Assembly: GCA_964385185.1 (NCBI GenBank)
Contig: CAYLOA010000004.1
Span: 482-64,481 of the forward strand
DNA length: 64,000 nt
Origin: an uncultured Methanosarcinales archaeon
GTDB lineage: Archaea; Nanobdellota; Nanobdellia; Woesearchaeales; CALCXY01
Reading direction: 5' to 3'
Positions within the stretch are counted from its first letter, which is position 1, and the number at the start of each line of letters is the position of its first letter. The position numbers were made by a program, and so were the translations under genes. This document shows positions 50,125 through 60,606 of the stretch, piece after piece. The notes beneath the pieces are model-generated. The model saw only the letters and a list, made by a program, of their open reading frames with translations, was not told the DNA's origin and did no database searches.

Positions 50125-51810
50125 ATGTCCAAAGGTCATAGAGAAATCTCTGTTTCTCAGTTTTTTGAGAAGAATAGACATCTTTTGGGCTTTGATAATA
50201 AACGAAAAGCTTTGATGACTACCATCAAAGAAGCGGTTGATAATAGTCTGGATGCTTGTGAAGAAGCAGGTATTTTACCTGAAATTTCTGTAGAAATAGT
50301 TGATATGGGGAATGATCGGTTCAGAGTTATTGTTGAAGACAATGGACCCGGTATTATTAAAGAACAGATTCCTAAAGTATTTGCAAAATTATTGTATGGG
50401 AGTAAATTTCATAAAATGCGCCAATCACGAGGACAACAAGGTATTGGAATTAGTGCATCGGTGATGTATGCCCAATTAACTACAGGGAGACCTGCTAAGA
50501 TTACTTCTACTGTTGGTAAGGGTAAAAAAGCCCATTATTATGAATTACATATTGATACAAATAACAATAAACCTGAGATTGTAAAAGATGAGACCGTTGA
50601 TTGGAAACGAGATCATGGAACTCGAGTTGAATTAGATTTAGAGGCGAGTTATCAAGGAGGAAGTCAATCCGTTGATGAATATCTCAAAGAGACTGCTATT
50701 GTTAATCCTCATCTGACTCTTACGTATACTAATCCTAAAGCAGAGCAAATTATTTTTCCTTGTGCTACTAAGGATTTACCTACAGAAGCTAAGGAAATCA
50801 AACCCCATCCGTATGGTGTGGAGTTTGGTATTATGTTTAAAATGTTGAAGAATACCGATGCTCGAACACTTCAAAGTTTTTTAAGTTCAGAGTTTTCTCG
50901 AGTTGGATCAGGTACTGCTAAGAAGATTTGTGAAGCTTCAAGTTTGGTTCCTGGGACAAAACCAAGAACACTTTCTCGAGAACAGGTCGAGCAATTAATG
51001 GCTGGAATTAAAGAGATTAAGCTTATTGGTCCGCCAACCGATTGTTTGAGTCCGATTACTGCTGAATTAATGGAAAAAGGATTGAAGAAAGAAATTAATG
51101 CTGAATTTTATACTGCTGTTACTCGTCCCACTGCTGTCTATCGAGGAAATCCATTCCAGATTGAAGTTGGAATTGCTTATGGTGGAGATCAATCTGGTGA
51201 TAAAACAATTAAATTAATTCGATTTGCTAATCGTGTTCCTTTACTGTATCAGTTAGGGGGATGTGCATTTACTAAATCAGCCATCCATACTGCTTGGAGA
51301 AATTATGGATTAAGTCAAAGTCGGGGAGCATTGCCTATTGGACCATTGACTGTTGCTATTCATATTTCATCCGTTTGGGTTCCTTATACTTCAGAGAGTA
51401 AGGAAGCATTAGCTCATTATCCTGATATTATGAAGGAAATTAAATTAGCTTTGCAAGAAGCAGGTAGACAACTGGGGAGTTATGTCAATAAGAAAAAAAG
51501 AATTAATGCTGAAGGGGCTAAGCGAGATTACATTGAAAAATTTATTCCTCACGTTGCAGAAGCTTTGAAAGAATTATTGAAATTGAAAGGGACTGAAGTT
51601 GACGCTATTAAGAAAAATTTAAAGGACACTTTGGAAGTTAAACGAGGAGTATTAGAAGATGTGAAATTTGATCCGAAAAAGAATTTGGAATATGATCCTG
51701 AACTTGCAAAGATTGGTAAAGATGCTCCAGAAGAAGATACTAGTGATATAGGATTTGAGGATAAAAATGAAAAAGGTCAAAAAAAGCTCAGCAATTTCAA
51801 GAATAAGTGA
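50125..51810 (+). CDS. top6B: DNA topoisomerase VI subunit B
   Basis: Bergerat fold (VDNSLDA, DNGPGI, GQQGIG). Confidence 0.9.
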   Translation: MSKGHREISVSQFFEKNRHLLGFDNKRKALMTTIKEAVDNSLDACEEAGILPEISVEIVDMGNDRFRVIVEDNGPGIIKEQIPKVFAKLLYGSKFHKMRQSRGQQGIGISASVMYAQLTTGRPAKITSTVGKGKKAHYYELHIDTNNNKPEIVKDETVDWKRDHGTRVELDLEASYQGGSQSVDEYLKETAIVNPHLTLTYTNPKAEQIIFPCATKDLPTEAKEIKPHPYGVEFGIMFKMLKNTDARTLQSFLSSEFSRVGSGTAKKICEASSLVPGTKPRTLSREQVEQLMAGIKEIKLIGPPTDCLSPITAELMEKGLKKEINAEFYTAVTRPTAVYRGNPFQIEVGIAYGGDQSGDKTIKLIRFANRVPLLYQLGGCAFTKSAIHTAWRNYGLSQSRGALPIGPLTVAIHISSVWVPYTSESKEALAHYPDIMKEIKLALQEAGRQLGSYVNKKKRINAEGAKRDYIEKFIPHVAEALKELLKLKGTEVDAIKKNLKDTLEVKRGVLEDVKFDPKKNLEYDPELAKIGKDAPEEDTSDIGFEDKNEKGQKKLSNFKNK

Positions 51811-52864
51811 AATTGCTCAAGACGTGTATGGTTGTATAAAGAAGAAGAAGCAGCCTCAACTAGAGATGCCTCTTCGTAGCTTGAGTAACGTTAAATACGA
51901 TCCTAAAGCTGGATTTTTTGAATTACTTGGAAAGTTTAAGGAAAGAACACTTACCGCTAGTACGATTAAGACGTTTGCACAGACTCTTCGTGTTATGAGT
52001 TTGAGTAAAGACCTTATTGGACAAGATGACATTGCAACTAAGAGGGAAGCGTATTATGTTTCTAAGAATTGGGGAGATGCTCGATTTAAGGAACAAGTAG
52101 AATCAGATACCGTTATGGACGATACTGAGGCTATGATGATGGTAAATAGAGAACAGATGGGTTTTATTCCTGAGGAGAAAGGGGGAGATGTAGCTGGAAA
52201 ATTAGTTGTTGTTGATAAGGATGCAGATACTGGAAAACCTATTAAAATTGATTGTACTAAGATGGGATCGGGAGCATATTCCGTTCCTTCAAAAGTTGAA
52301 GATCTTAAATTTGAAACGAATGCTAAGTTTATTTTAGCAATAGAGACCGCCGGTATGTTTCAGAGGTTAGTGAAGCATAACTATTGGAAAAAGGCTAACT
52401 GTATTTTAGTGAGTATGGGAGGAGTTCCTACACGAGCTTGTAGACGATTTATTAGACGATTAAGTGATGATAAGAAATTACCGGTGTATGTATTTACAGA
52501 TGGAGATCCGTATGGATATGGAAATATTTATAGAACTTTGAAAGTGGGTAGTGGAAATGCTGCACATATTAATGAGTATTTTTGTGTTCCTCGAGCCGTT
52601 TTTTTAGGCGTTACTCCCGGAGATATTAAAGATTATAAACTTCCTACACATCCTTTGAAAGAAGTCGATGTTAAGAAGATAAAAGATATGCTTAAGAATG
52701 ATCCCTTTGTTAATCACCATAAAGAATGGCAGAAAGCTTTGAAAGAGATGGCAAGTATGAAGGTTAGGGCAGAGCAACAAGCTTTGGCTAAATGGGGATT
52801 AAATTATGTTATTGATGAATATCTTCCTAAGAAGATTAAGAATAAAAAGACTTGGTTGCCTTAA
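51755..52864 (+). CDS. top6A: DNA topoisomerase VI subunit A (Spo11-like)
   Basis: Toprim FTDGDPYG, 5Y-CAP region. Confidence 0.9.
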   Translation: MRIKMKKVKKSSAISRISEIAQDVYGCIKKKKQPQLEMPLRSLSNVKYDPKAGFFELLGKFKERTLTASTIKTFAQTLRVMSLSKDLIGQDDIATKREAYYVSKNWGDARFKEQVESDTVMDDTEAMMMVNREQMGFIPEEKGGDVAGKLVVVDKDADTGKPIKIDCTKMGSGAYSVPSKVEDLKFETNAKFILAIETAGMFQRLVKHNYWKKANCILVSMGGVPTRACRRFIRRLSDDKKLPVYVFTDGDPYGYGNIYRTLKVGSGNAAHINEYFCVPRAVFLGVTPGDIKDYKLPTHPLKEVDVKKIKDMLKNDPFVNHHKEWQKALKEMASMKVRAEQQALAKWGLNYVIDEYLPKKIKNKKTWLP

Positions 52865-53766
52865 TTTCTAAAGTTTAAAATTTCTTCTATTGCTTTATCT
52901 TTATCGTAATCTCTGAGAATAAGATGATTTCCTTTTGTTTCTACAAATTTTTTCTTGCTTTGGATGTTGTTATATACTTCTTTTGCTAAGTCTAGTGATG
53001 CTACGGTGTCTTTTGATGCGTGAATGAAGAGAATTTCTGCTTTGATATTTTTGGCATTCTTTGTTATTTCTTTTTCATAATTTTTGTGGAAGTTTACTAC
53101 TTCTTTTAGTGGAAATCCCCATGTGGCTATATGTACTTTTCTTCCCTCTGGGTCGTCTATGGTTCCTACTGTGTTCTTGTAGGAGAATTTTCTTAATGTA
53201 TGTGCAATGTTAATGAAAAAGGGAGATCCTAGAGTAGTAGGGGCTTTGATGTACGTTCCTATCACCACCACTTTTTTTGGATCATGTTCTTCTGCATATT
53301 TTAATGTTAATGCTGCCATCATAGAGGATCCTACCATGTAATCACAATTGGTGTTTTCTATTTCATTGTACCAGTCTTCAATATTGTATTGTAATATATT
53401 TGAGGGTAACATTCCATGACCTTTTAGTCTTGGAACGTAGACGGTGTCGTTGAATTTTTTGTTTATTTCTTTTGCTAATGTTTTGTAGACAGGAGGGGTT
53501 GACGTGTATCCATGAACGAGTGTCCAGCATGTTTCTGATGTTCCTTCTATGGTGAATCCTTCAGCTCCTTTTATGATTCCTTCATCTGTGAACTCCCATA
53601 CCTGGCTATCTTTTTCATCTAAGTTGTTAGCTTTTAGAAAACCCTTTGAAGTGTATATTTTGGAGAGGAATACAAAGATGATAAGTACAAGTAGAGAGAG
53701 TACTACTATTGCCACCTTTTTTTTGTTATTCATTTTGATTAATATTTGTAAATAATAAATTAACAC
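52861..53766 (-). CDS. Membrane-anchored alpha/beta hydrolase
   Basis: N-terminal TM segment; nucleophile-elbow-like MVGSSMM. Confidence 0.5.
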   Translation of the reverse strand: MLIYYLQILIKMNNKKKVAIVVLSLLVLIIFVFLSKIYTSKGFLKANNLDEKDSQVWEFTDEGIIKGAEGFTIEGTSETCWTLVHGYTSTPPVYKTLAKEINKKFNDTVYVPRLKGHGMLPSNILQYNIEDWYNEIENTNCDYMVGSSMMAALTLKYAEEHDPKKVVVIGTYIKAPTTLGSPFFINIAHTLRKFSYKNTVGTIDDPEGRKVHIATWGFPLKEVVNFHKNYEKEITKNAKNIKAEILFIHASKDTVASLDLAKEVYNNIQSKKKFVETKGNHLILRDYDKDKAIEEILNFRN

Positions 53767-53857
53767 GGCCCTAGGGAGATTCGAACTCCCGATCTACAGC
53801 TTAGAAGGCTGTCGCCTTATTTGTCTGACATATGTCTCCAGACTAGGCTATAGGGCC
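53766..53857 (-). tRNA. tRNA-Arg (TCT) with ~19 extra nt inside the D-loop (non-canonical intron candidate)
   Basis: Acceptor GGCCCTA/TAGGGCC, D stem GCCT/AGGC enclosing a 27-nt loop, anticodon arm ACAGC-CTTCTAA-GCTGT, 5-nt variable loop, T arm GGGAG-TTCGAAT-CTCCC. Confidence 0.7.
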
Positions 53858-53902
53858 ATATATGTAGAGTTTCAAAGGGTGTTTATAAAATTAACTGGTA
53901 AT

Positions 53903-54370
53903 CTATTTGTTCATATTCTCTATCTGTTGCATTATAGGAGATGAAATAGTATTATCTATCATTTTATATGAATAGTTGCTAATTTGGTATCCTATATAGA
54001 GAATTCCAACTAGTCCTCCTATAATTAATGCCCTAGTTCCCATTTTAACCCAATAATTGGGTGTATCGAGAGCAAAAGAATTTTTATTATTTCCTTTGGG
54101 TTTGTACCATTTAGTTGTTAATCTTTCATTTCTTAGATCGTAACCATGTCTTCCTGATTCCTCCTGACAGAGAATCCATTGTTCTTGATAAAATTCTGCT
54201 TGTTTGTGTTGTTGTGTTTCTGTTTTATTGTCAATGAATTCTTGTACCCTTTCTCTATTATTTATTAGAACTACTCTTGCTCTTGTTTGTTCTCCTCCAG
54301 ATAGTCGAGGATCATTTACTTCTCTAAGAATGGTTCCTATATTTGCATCATTTAGCGGTTGATGGTTCAT
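53903..54370 (-). CDS. Hypothetical protein with C-terminal TM segment
   Basis: ORF track. Confidence 0.35.
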   Translation of the reverse strand: MNHQPLNDANIGTILREVNDPRLSGGEQTRARVVLINNRERVQEFIDNKTETQQHKQAEFYQEQWILCQEESGRHGYDLRNERLTTKWYKPKGNNKNSFALDTPNYWVKMGTRALIIGGLVGILYIGYQISNYSYKMIDNTISSPIMQQIENMNK

Positions 54371-54471
54371 ACTAGGATAATAGGAAATTAAACATATAAA
54401 TCTATGTGGATATATTATATAATTTCAATGTAGCAATGTTTATAAACAATTTGAGATATCCTTATAGTAGT

Positions 54472-54545
54472 GCGGAGGTGCCCAAGCGGCTTAAGGGGAG
54501 CGCCTGCAGAGCGTTTATTCGGGGGTTCGAATCCCTCCTTCCGCT
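54472..54545 (+). tRNA. tRNA-Cys (GCA)
   Basis: Acceptor GCGGAGG/CTTCCGC, anticodon arm AGCGC-CTGCAGA-GCGTT, T arm GGGGG-TTCGAAT-CCCTC. Confidence 0.85.
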
Positions 54546-54578
54546 TTTAGTTTCTTTTTGAGATATTTATGGACTAAA

Positions 54579-54623
54579 CACTACAACTACTACTGGTGCT
54601 CACAGAGCACAGTAGTTGTAGTG
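54579..54623. other. ~20-bp imperfect hairpin 33 nt downstream of tRNA-Cys, core GGTGCTC-ACA-GAGCACC
   Basis: CACTACAACTACTACTGGTGCTC ACA GAGCACAGTAGTTGTAGTG. Confidence 0.5.
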
Positions 54624-54668
54624 TAAAAAATTGCTATCTGGGAAATCTTTATATAGCGTATTTCTTTC

Positions 54669-55448
54669 TTGATTGTTATGGCAAAGATACTTATCAATAA
54701 AGTAAAGAAAGAGTTTGTTAAAGATATTAATAGAGAAGTAACTGTTCGTAAAGGAGAGATGTATATTATCAAGGATGAGAAGCAGGATTTTCATACTAAA
54801 TATGGGATTATTGCTAAAAAAGATTTAAAGAAGAATGGAATTGTGACGAGTAGTACAAAAAAGGAATTTAGTTTGTTTGATACTCAATTTATTGATATGT
54901 ATAAACAGATCGAGAGAGGTGCGCAAATTCCTATGTTAAAGGATATTGTTTCTGTGATTGCTTTTACTGGACTGGATAAAAAATCTATTGTGATTGATTC
55001 TGGAGCAGGAAGTGGTGGGATGTCCTTATTTTTAGCACATTACGCTAAACAAGTTACTACCTATGATATTGACAAGGAAGCTGTTGAATTGGTGAAGAAA
55101 AATGCTAAGATGTTAGGTTTGAAGAATGTTAAAGTTAAGGAAGGAGATATTTATCGAGGTATTACTGAGAAAAATGCTGACGTTTTTACTTTAGATGTTC
55201 CTAATCCTTGGAATGCTTTAGGAACTGTTGATAAGGCTTTGAAGGTGGGTGGTTTTTTAGTTGTTTATGTTCCCCAGTTAACCCAATCAAAGGATTTTGT
55301 AACTGCTGTGAATAATCATCCTAATTTTATTGCTTTTAGAACCATGGAGAACTTGGAACGGAGTTGGGAGTTAGATGGTAGAAAGTGTAGACCTAATTCA
55401 AGGATGCAACATACGGGCTTTATGACCTATGTGAGGAAGATTAAATGA
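54669..55448 (+). CDS. trmI: tRNA (adenine-N1)-methyltransferase TrmI (Gcd14-like)
   Basis: SAM motif IDSGAGSGGMSLFLA and TrmI-like N-terminal domain. Confidence 0.8.
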   Translation: MIVMAKILINKVKKEFVKDINREVTVRKGEMYIIKDEKQDFHTKYGIIAKKDLKKNGIVTSSTKKEFSLFDTQFIDMYKQIERGAQIPMLKDIVSVIAFTGLDKKSIVIDSGAGSGGMSLFLAHYAKQVTTYDIDKEAVELVKKNAKMLGLKNVKVKEGDIYRGITEKNADVFTLDVPNPWNALGTVDKALKVGGFLVVYVPQLTQSKDFVTAVNNHPNFIAFRTMENLERSWELDGRKCRPNSRMQHTGFMTYVRKIK

Positions 55449-55624
55449 GTGAGAAAGTAACTCCTTTGCAAATTTTAGGATATGTGGGTGTAGGTGTGTT
55501 GGTTTTGAATATTATTCTCTTTGCAATTGGTTATATTGGAAATTTAATTTTCTGGATGGTAATTTTAGTTATGGCTTTTTTTGCTTATATTGTTGTGCCT
55601 AAATTGAGAATGCCTGGAGAATAA
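55445..55624 (+). CDS. Small two-TM membrane protein (59 aa), below the track cutoff
   Basis: ATGA overlap with the trmI stop; hydrophobic. Confidence 0.3.
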   Translation: MSEKVTPLQILGYVGVGVLVLNIILFAIGYIGNLIFWMVILVMAFFAYIVVPKLRMPGE

Positions 55625-55626
55625 TT

Positions 55627-56352
55627 TTAAAGAGTTAATGATAAATAAGGTTCGACCAATTCAAATACTTGCTGCATAATTATTATGAGGTAGTGCATTA
55701 CTACGATTTCTTGTTTGCTTTTATCGTAAATTGCTTCACTAATGTTTGTAAACATCTTTTTTCTCATTTTTCCAATTTTAACTACTTTCTTTTTGTCAAA
55801 TTTGTAAAATAATTCGTAGTATGTTCTTAACATGTCATTTGTTGCTGAATAAAATTCAATTGTTTCTTTTGAGATTTTGAGATTAGCATTTTTTGCTCTC
55901 ATCATAAAGTCAAGAAGATATTTGTATTGATCTGCAATTTTTTCTAGATCTTGTAGAATGTTATACATAAATTGGATTTTGTTATGTTTTTTGTAACCTT
56001 GTTTGGAAAGTACTCTCGAACAATGTGTTATCAATTTGTTATTACTTTCTTCTAAGTATCTTAACCGTTTGAGACTATCCATATCATTATTTTTAATTGC
56101 ATCTAAAGAATCTTCAGCCATTGTCAGAAGAAGTATGAATGTTCTTCTTAGAACGACATCGAAAGTATCTCTTGATCCTGATTCAATGCTTCTTACTGTG
56201 GCATGTGTTTTTCCTTGCTCTACAATTTCAAATCCCGTCATTTCTACTTTTATTGCATTTTGGACAGCCATAATGCCCTCTGATTGCGTATAAGAAACTC
56301 CTACTTCGTCATATCCTGCTTTATAGAGTGCACCAATAGCTCTGAGAGTCAT
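55627..56352 (-). CDS. PhoU-like helical regulator
   Basis: Helical 241-aa protein. In-frame upstream remnant of an AbrB-type domain (see findings). Confidence 0.45.
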   Translation of the reverse strand: MTLRAIGALYKAGYDEVGVSYTQSEGIMAVQNAIKVEMTGFEIVEQGKTHATVRSIESGSRDTFDVVLRRTFILLLTMAEDSLDAIKNNDMDSLKRLRYLEESNNKLITHCSRVLSKQGYKKHNKIQFMYNILQDLEKIADQYKYLLDFMMRAKNANLKISKETIEFYSATNDMLRTYYELFYKFDKKKVVKIGKMRKKMFTNISEAIYDKSKQEIVVMHYLIIIMQQVFELVEPYLSLTL

Positions 56353-56616
56353 TGATTCAAGATTATCTACATCTATTTCTGTTTTTTTAGTTCCGTAGTC
56401 TTTTTCTGTGGTGAGGAGTAAGACCCTGTCTTTAGATGATACTTCTAGTTCGTCTCCTTTTTTTATGTTGAATTTCTAGATGATTATTTTTCAGCTCAAT
56501 TTGCTTTTGACTATGACAAAGATGTTAAATTAGAACTTGATACCTTTTTACAACGAGAATACGATAATAAAAATAGAGATTTTTTCTCACATCCTGCAGA
56601 TTTGTATATTAAGTAA

Positions 56617-58377
56617 TTAAGTATAATACAAATTACCTTTGCTTTTTTGCTCTCTGTCTTTAACTGAGTCTACTTTATTTATTCTTGGTCTATTTGATTC
56701 TTCATCACGTCTTAAGGTGATGTTGAGATCGGTTAAGAACATATTCATCCCTTCTTTCATAGCAAAAGGTCCTTGGGAGATTCCTTCTATTGCAGGTGTA
56801 CCTCCAAAAATCATCAGATCATCTGAAAGATAATCCATAAATAATAAATCGTGGTCTACAATGAGACATGACTTTCCTGTTCGTTCCATATAATCTCTGA
56901 TTGCTTTTGAAACCATTAATCTTTGTTCAACATCTAGGTATGCTGATGGTTCATCTAACAGGAAAAGATCTACCTCTTGTGCAAGTGCATTTGCTATTGC
57001 TACTCTTTGTAGCTCTCCCCCTGAGAGTTCTTTCATTTTTTTCATTAATAATGTAGGAATTTGTAATGGTCTCATTACTTGGACATCATATTTCTTTACT
57101 TTTTCTCCTAGAAATGACATTACCATATCATCTGAGTTTGTTTCTAGATATTGGGGTTTGTATGATACTTTGATATCTTCATTAACAGAGCCATTTTCTG
57201 TTTTGAGGTCTCCTGCTAGAACACGGACAAAGGATGTTTTACCTGTTCCATTTTCACCTAGTACTCCTACAACATCTCCTTGTTTAATTTTTCCTTCATT
57301 AGCTGATAATGTGAATTTGTCCAATTTTGTTGAGAGTTGTGACCAAGATACAATACTCTCTGTTTCTATTTTTTTTACAGGGGGTCTTGATGTGAATTTG
57401 ATTGTTTTATCTCTAAATCTAATATTTTCTTCTTTGAGATATCCATCTAGGTAGACATTAATGGCAGTTCTTGTAGCTTTTGGTTGAGATACAATTCCAT
57501 ATGCACCCTCTTCTCCATACATTATTTGTACTAAGTCTGCCATATGGTCTAGGATTATAAGATCGTGTTCGATTACAATGACTGCTGTTTCTTCTGTTGC
57601 TAGTGATTGTATAAATTTTGATACATTGAGTCTTTGTTTTATGTCAAGAAATGAAGTTGGCTCATCGAAAAAATATACGTTTGCATCTTTTAGTGAAGTT
57701 GCCGCAATTGCTACTCGTTGGAGTTCTCCACCTGAGATTTTTGCTATGTCATTTTCTAGAATGTGAACTATGTCTAAAGCTTGAGTAACTTCTACTAAAG
57801 CATTTTTTTCATCTACTTTTTTTAAGAGGTCAATTACTTTTCCTTTTTGTGATTTTGGTATTAAATCTACTTGTTGTGGTTTGTAAGCAGGTGTTATTTT
57901 ACCATCTCTTAATTTTTCAAAGAATTTTTGAGTTTCTGAACCTTTAAAGTATGCTATAAGTTCTTGCCAATCAGCTTTCTTTTTTTCTAAGTCTCCCAAA
58001 TTAGGATCTAAGAGTCCTGCAAGGATTTTCATAGCTGAAGACTTTCCTATACCGTTTCTTCCCACAACCCCTAATACTTTTCCAAAGGTTGGCATTGGAA
58101 GGTTGTATAATCTGAATCCATTCTCTCCGTATTGATGGATTGGATTTTTGTTAAGTTCTTCTGGTAGGTTTATAATGTGAAGTGCTCCAAAGGGACACTT
58201 AATACAGATACCACATCCTGTGCAGAGAGTTTCATCTATGTCGACTTTGCCATCAGAGCCTTTTGTGATACAATCTGCTCCTGTTCTGTTCACAGGGCAG
58301 GCTCCTACGCACCAATATTGGCCACAACGGTCAGGATGGCACTTTTCTCTTTCAACAACAGCAATTCTTTTTGCCAT
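56617..58377 (-). CDS. abcE1: ABCE1 (RNase L inhibitor/Rli1), ribosome-recycling ATPase
   Basis: N-terminal 4Fe-4S ferredoxin (CTGCGICIKCPFGA), two ABC domains. Confidence 0.9.
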   Translation of the reverse strand: MAKRIAVVEREKCHPDRCGQYWCVGACPVNRTGADCITKGSDGKVDIDETLCTGCGICIKCPFGALHIINLPEELNKNPIHQYGENGFRLYNLPMPTFGKVLGVVGRNGIGKSSAMKILAGLLDPNLGDLEKKKADWQELIAYFKGSETQKFFEKLRDGKITPAYKPQQVDLIPKSQKGKVIDLLKKVDEKNALVEVTQALDIVHILENDIAKISGGELQRVAIAATSLKDANVYFFDEPTSFLDIKQRLNVSKFIQSLATEETAVIVIEHDLIILDHMADLVQIMYGEEGAYGIVSQPKATRTAINVYLDGYLKEENIRFRDKTIKFTSRPPVKKIETESIVSWSQLSTKLDKFTLSANEGKIKQGDVVGVLGENGTGKTSFVRVLAGDLKTENGSVNEDIKVSYKPQYLETNSDDMVMSFLGEKVKKYDVQVMRPLQIPTLLMKKMKELSGGELQRVAIANALAQEVDLFLLDEPSAYLDVEQRLMVSKAIRDYMERTGKSCLIVDHDLLFMDYLSDDLMIFGGTPAIEGISQGPFAMKEGMNMFLTDLNITLRRDEESNRPRINKVDSVKDREQKSKGNLYYT

Positions 58378-58422
58378 AGATTCTTTAGTTCTGTATTTGT
58401 ATATAAATATGCTGTCTAAATG

Positions 58423-58506
58423 CCCCTAGACTTATAGGTGCTCACAGAGCACCAGTCCATCTACATTTCCAGCCATTAACTGGAAATGTAAGGACAAGTC
58501 TAGGGG
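58423..58506. other. 84-nt nested multi-hairpin element in the abcE1/ccdA divergent intergenic region
   Basis: Outer CCCCTAGACTT/AAGTCTAGGGG. Inner GGTGCTC-ACA-GAGCACC and ACATTTCCAG-N7-CTGGAAATGT. Confidence 0.5.
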
Positions 58507-58578
58507 AAATTATTATGTTAAAATCAATTTGTATCTTAATAGGAAAGTTATTTAAAGAAAGATAAGGATTGAAGAGAT

Positions 58579-59289
58579 ATGGTACAAATTACAGTTATAG
58601 CTGCATTTCTTGCAGGTTTATTATCCTTCTTTAGTCCTTGTGTGCTACCTATTATACCTGGATTCTTAGCTTATTTGTCTGGTGTGAGTTTACAGAAGCA
58701 TTCAACAACGGAACATTGGAAATTATTTTTTAATTCAGTGGCATTTGTGGTAGGATTTTCCTCTGTATTTGCTTTGTTGGGCGTGTTGTTGAATACCATA
58801 CTTAGTGGAATCAGTTTACAAGTGCAAAGTTGGCTTTCTAAGGTTGGTGGAGTTGTTATCATATTATTTGGTTTGTATATGCTCGGATTGATCAAGCCGA
58901 AGTTTATGGAAGTTGAGAAAAAATTGCAGGTTACTAAGACGTTTAGTGTAAGTTATATTACAAGTTTTGTCTTTGGAGCTGCATTTGCAGTGGGGTGGAC
59001 CCCTTGTATTGGTCCTGTGCTTGGTAGTGTATTAACACTTGCTGTTGTGAGTCCTGGTGAGAGTCTGGCTTTGTTGTTGATGTATAGCTTAGGATTAGGT
59101 ATTCCATTTCTATTGATGGGGCTATTTAGTGATCATGCTGTTCAGTGGATTAAGAAATTTGGGAAGGGTATGAAATATTTTAATATTATTGTTGGAGTGT
59201 TGTTGGTTGTGTTAGGTGTAATGGTTTTTACTCAAACTTTATTGTTATTTGCTAATTTTAATTATGTATTTGGTGTGTTGGGTGGATAA
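58579..59289 (+). CDS. ccdA: Cytochrome c-type biogenesis/thiol-disulfide transporter CcdA (DsbD family)
   Basis: FFSPCVLP and GWTPCIGP, the two conserved Cys-containing TM motifs. Confidence 0.8.
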   Translation: MVQITVIAAFLAGLLSFFSPCVLPIIPGFLAYLSGVSLQKHSTTEHWKLFFNSVAFVVGFSSVFALLGVLLNTILSGISLQVQSWLSKVGGVVIILFGLYMLGLIKPKFMEVEKKLQVTKTFSVSYITSFVFGAAFAVGWTPCIGPVLGSVLTLAVVSPGESLALLLMYSLGLGIPFLLMGLFSDHAVQWIKKFGKGMKYFNIIVGVLLVVLGVMVFTQTLLLFANFNYVFGVLGG

Positions 59290-59301
59290 AAAAAATAAAA
59301 A

Positions 59302-60585
59302 TTAAATTTTGTTTAATGCTAGGGCTTGTTCCATGGGCATTTGGTCTAGGGCAGTAACAAATCTATCATTAGGTGTTTGTTTTTTTTCTAGATTTTTTCT
59401 GATGAGGTTTGTGTACTGCATGACTTCATTTTTTTGGTATCCTATCATTTCTAGTCCTTTCTCTGCTCTGTACAATTCATTTTCTACTGCTGAGCAGGCA
59501 TCCATATCAGACAAACCTAGACATCCCTTTTCGGAGAGGAGATTTCCATTTAGACCAAATCGCATAGCGACTAATCTATTATATTCTACTTGGCGTATGG
59601 GCATAAGTTCTTCTTTAGTATTTTGTGCATAAGCAAGTCTTCCTACGTAAAACATGGCAAATGCTATGTCTTCTTTTGCAGTTGGCTGAGTAGACATGGC
59701 CCTATATTCCACAATCGGAAGGTCGTCTATGAACTTTATTCTTGTATCTAACCAACATAATCCTATACCAATCGGTAGAGCTGCTTGTGGGTTGTCCAAG
59801 ATAAATGGATGTGCTGCACATCTTTGTAGGTAGTCATTTATATCTTTGATATAGCTGTTGGGAAGACCTAATCTTGTTTCCTTATTCATCTTTTTTTCTA
59901 CAGCTGTTCTCGTATCATGAGAAGCTTCCCATGCAGGCATTCTGATATCATTCCATCCTGTTATTTTATTATCAATAACTCCTGCATTTCCACTTGCAGC
60001 AATTATAAATGGAGATATCATTAATGAATAATTCATTTTTTCTATTGCATCATCTAGTGAATTTGCTTGTATGTTAAATTGCGTGGCTGAAAATAACGAA
60101 ACAGAATTTGCTTTGTTAAAATTTATTCCACCAATTACTGTAGCAGCACTATTTTCTCTGTGGTTATCATGAAATTTGGGTACAATTTGATATTTTTCTT
60201 TATCTGTGACAAAAATGTCTTCTAAAGCCATATTGGGGAATGCTCCTATTCTGATTAGGTCAAATCCATTGCTGTTTTCTTTTAGTAAAGACTCTTTTGC
60301 AGATAATTCTATATGTAAATCTTCAATTGAGTTCATCACTACCGGATCTGTTAATAACTCAATTTGAAATCCCCCTAGTTCTTGGTCTACGAATGGTAGA
60401 TTTGGAAGAACTGTATTGGGTACTGCCGATCCATTTTCTGTTAGGAAAAGTTCTACTTCAAGTCCAACTTTAGGTATGTGTTGCCCTTCTTCCCTACAGT
60501 TTTCTAATTGTTCATTTGCTTGGGCCCAAAAGGCTTCTTGCATTTTTTCTTGTGTCATTTTTTCCTCCATAGCTCTCGCTATCAT
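59302..60585 (-). CDS. Carboxylate-amine ligase, GCS2 (glutamate-cysteine ligase family 2 / YbdK-like)
   Basis: VGLEVELFL near the N-terminus, about 430 aa. Confidence 0.6.
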   Translation of the reverse strand: MIARAMEEKMTQEKMQEAFWAQANEQLENCREEGQHIPKVGLEVELFLTENGSAVPNTVLPNLPFVDQELGGFQIELLTDPVVMNSIEDLHIELSAKESLLKENSNGFDLIRIGAFPNMALEDIFVTDKEKYQIVPKFHDNHRENSAATVIGGINFNKANSVSLFSATQFNIQANSLDDAIEKMNYSLMISPFIIAASGNAGVIDNKITGWNDIRMPAWEASHDTRTAVEKKMNKETRLGLPNSYIKDINDYLQRCAAHPFILDNPQAALPIGIGLCWLDTRIKFIDDLPIVEYRAMSTQPTAKEDIAFAMFYVGRLAYAQNTKEELMPIRQVEYNRLVAMRFGLNGNLLSEKGCLGLSDMDACSAVENELYRAEKGLEMIGYQKNEVMQYTNLIRKNLEKKQTPNDRFVTALDQMPMEQALALNKI

Positions 60586-60606
60586 TTTCTTCCTGATTTA
60601 GTTTTT

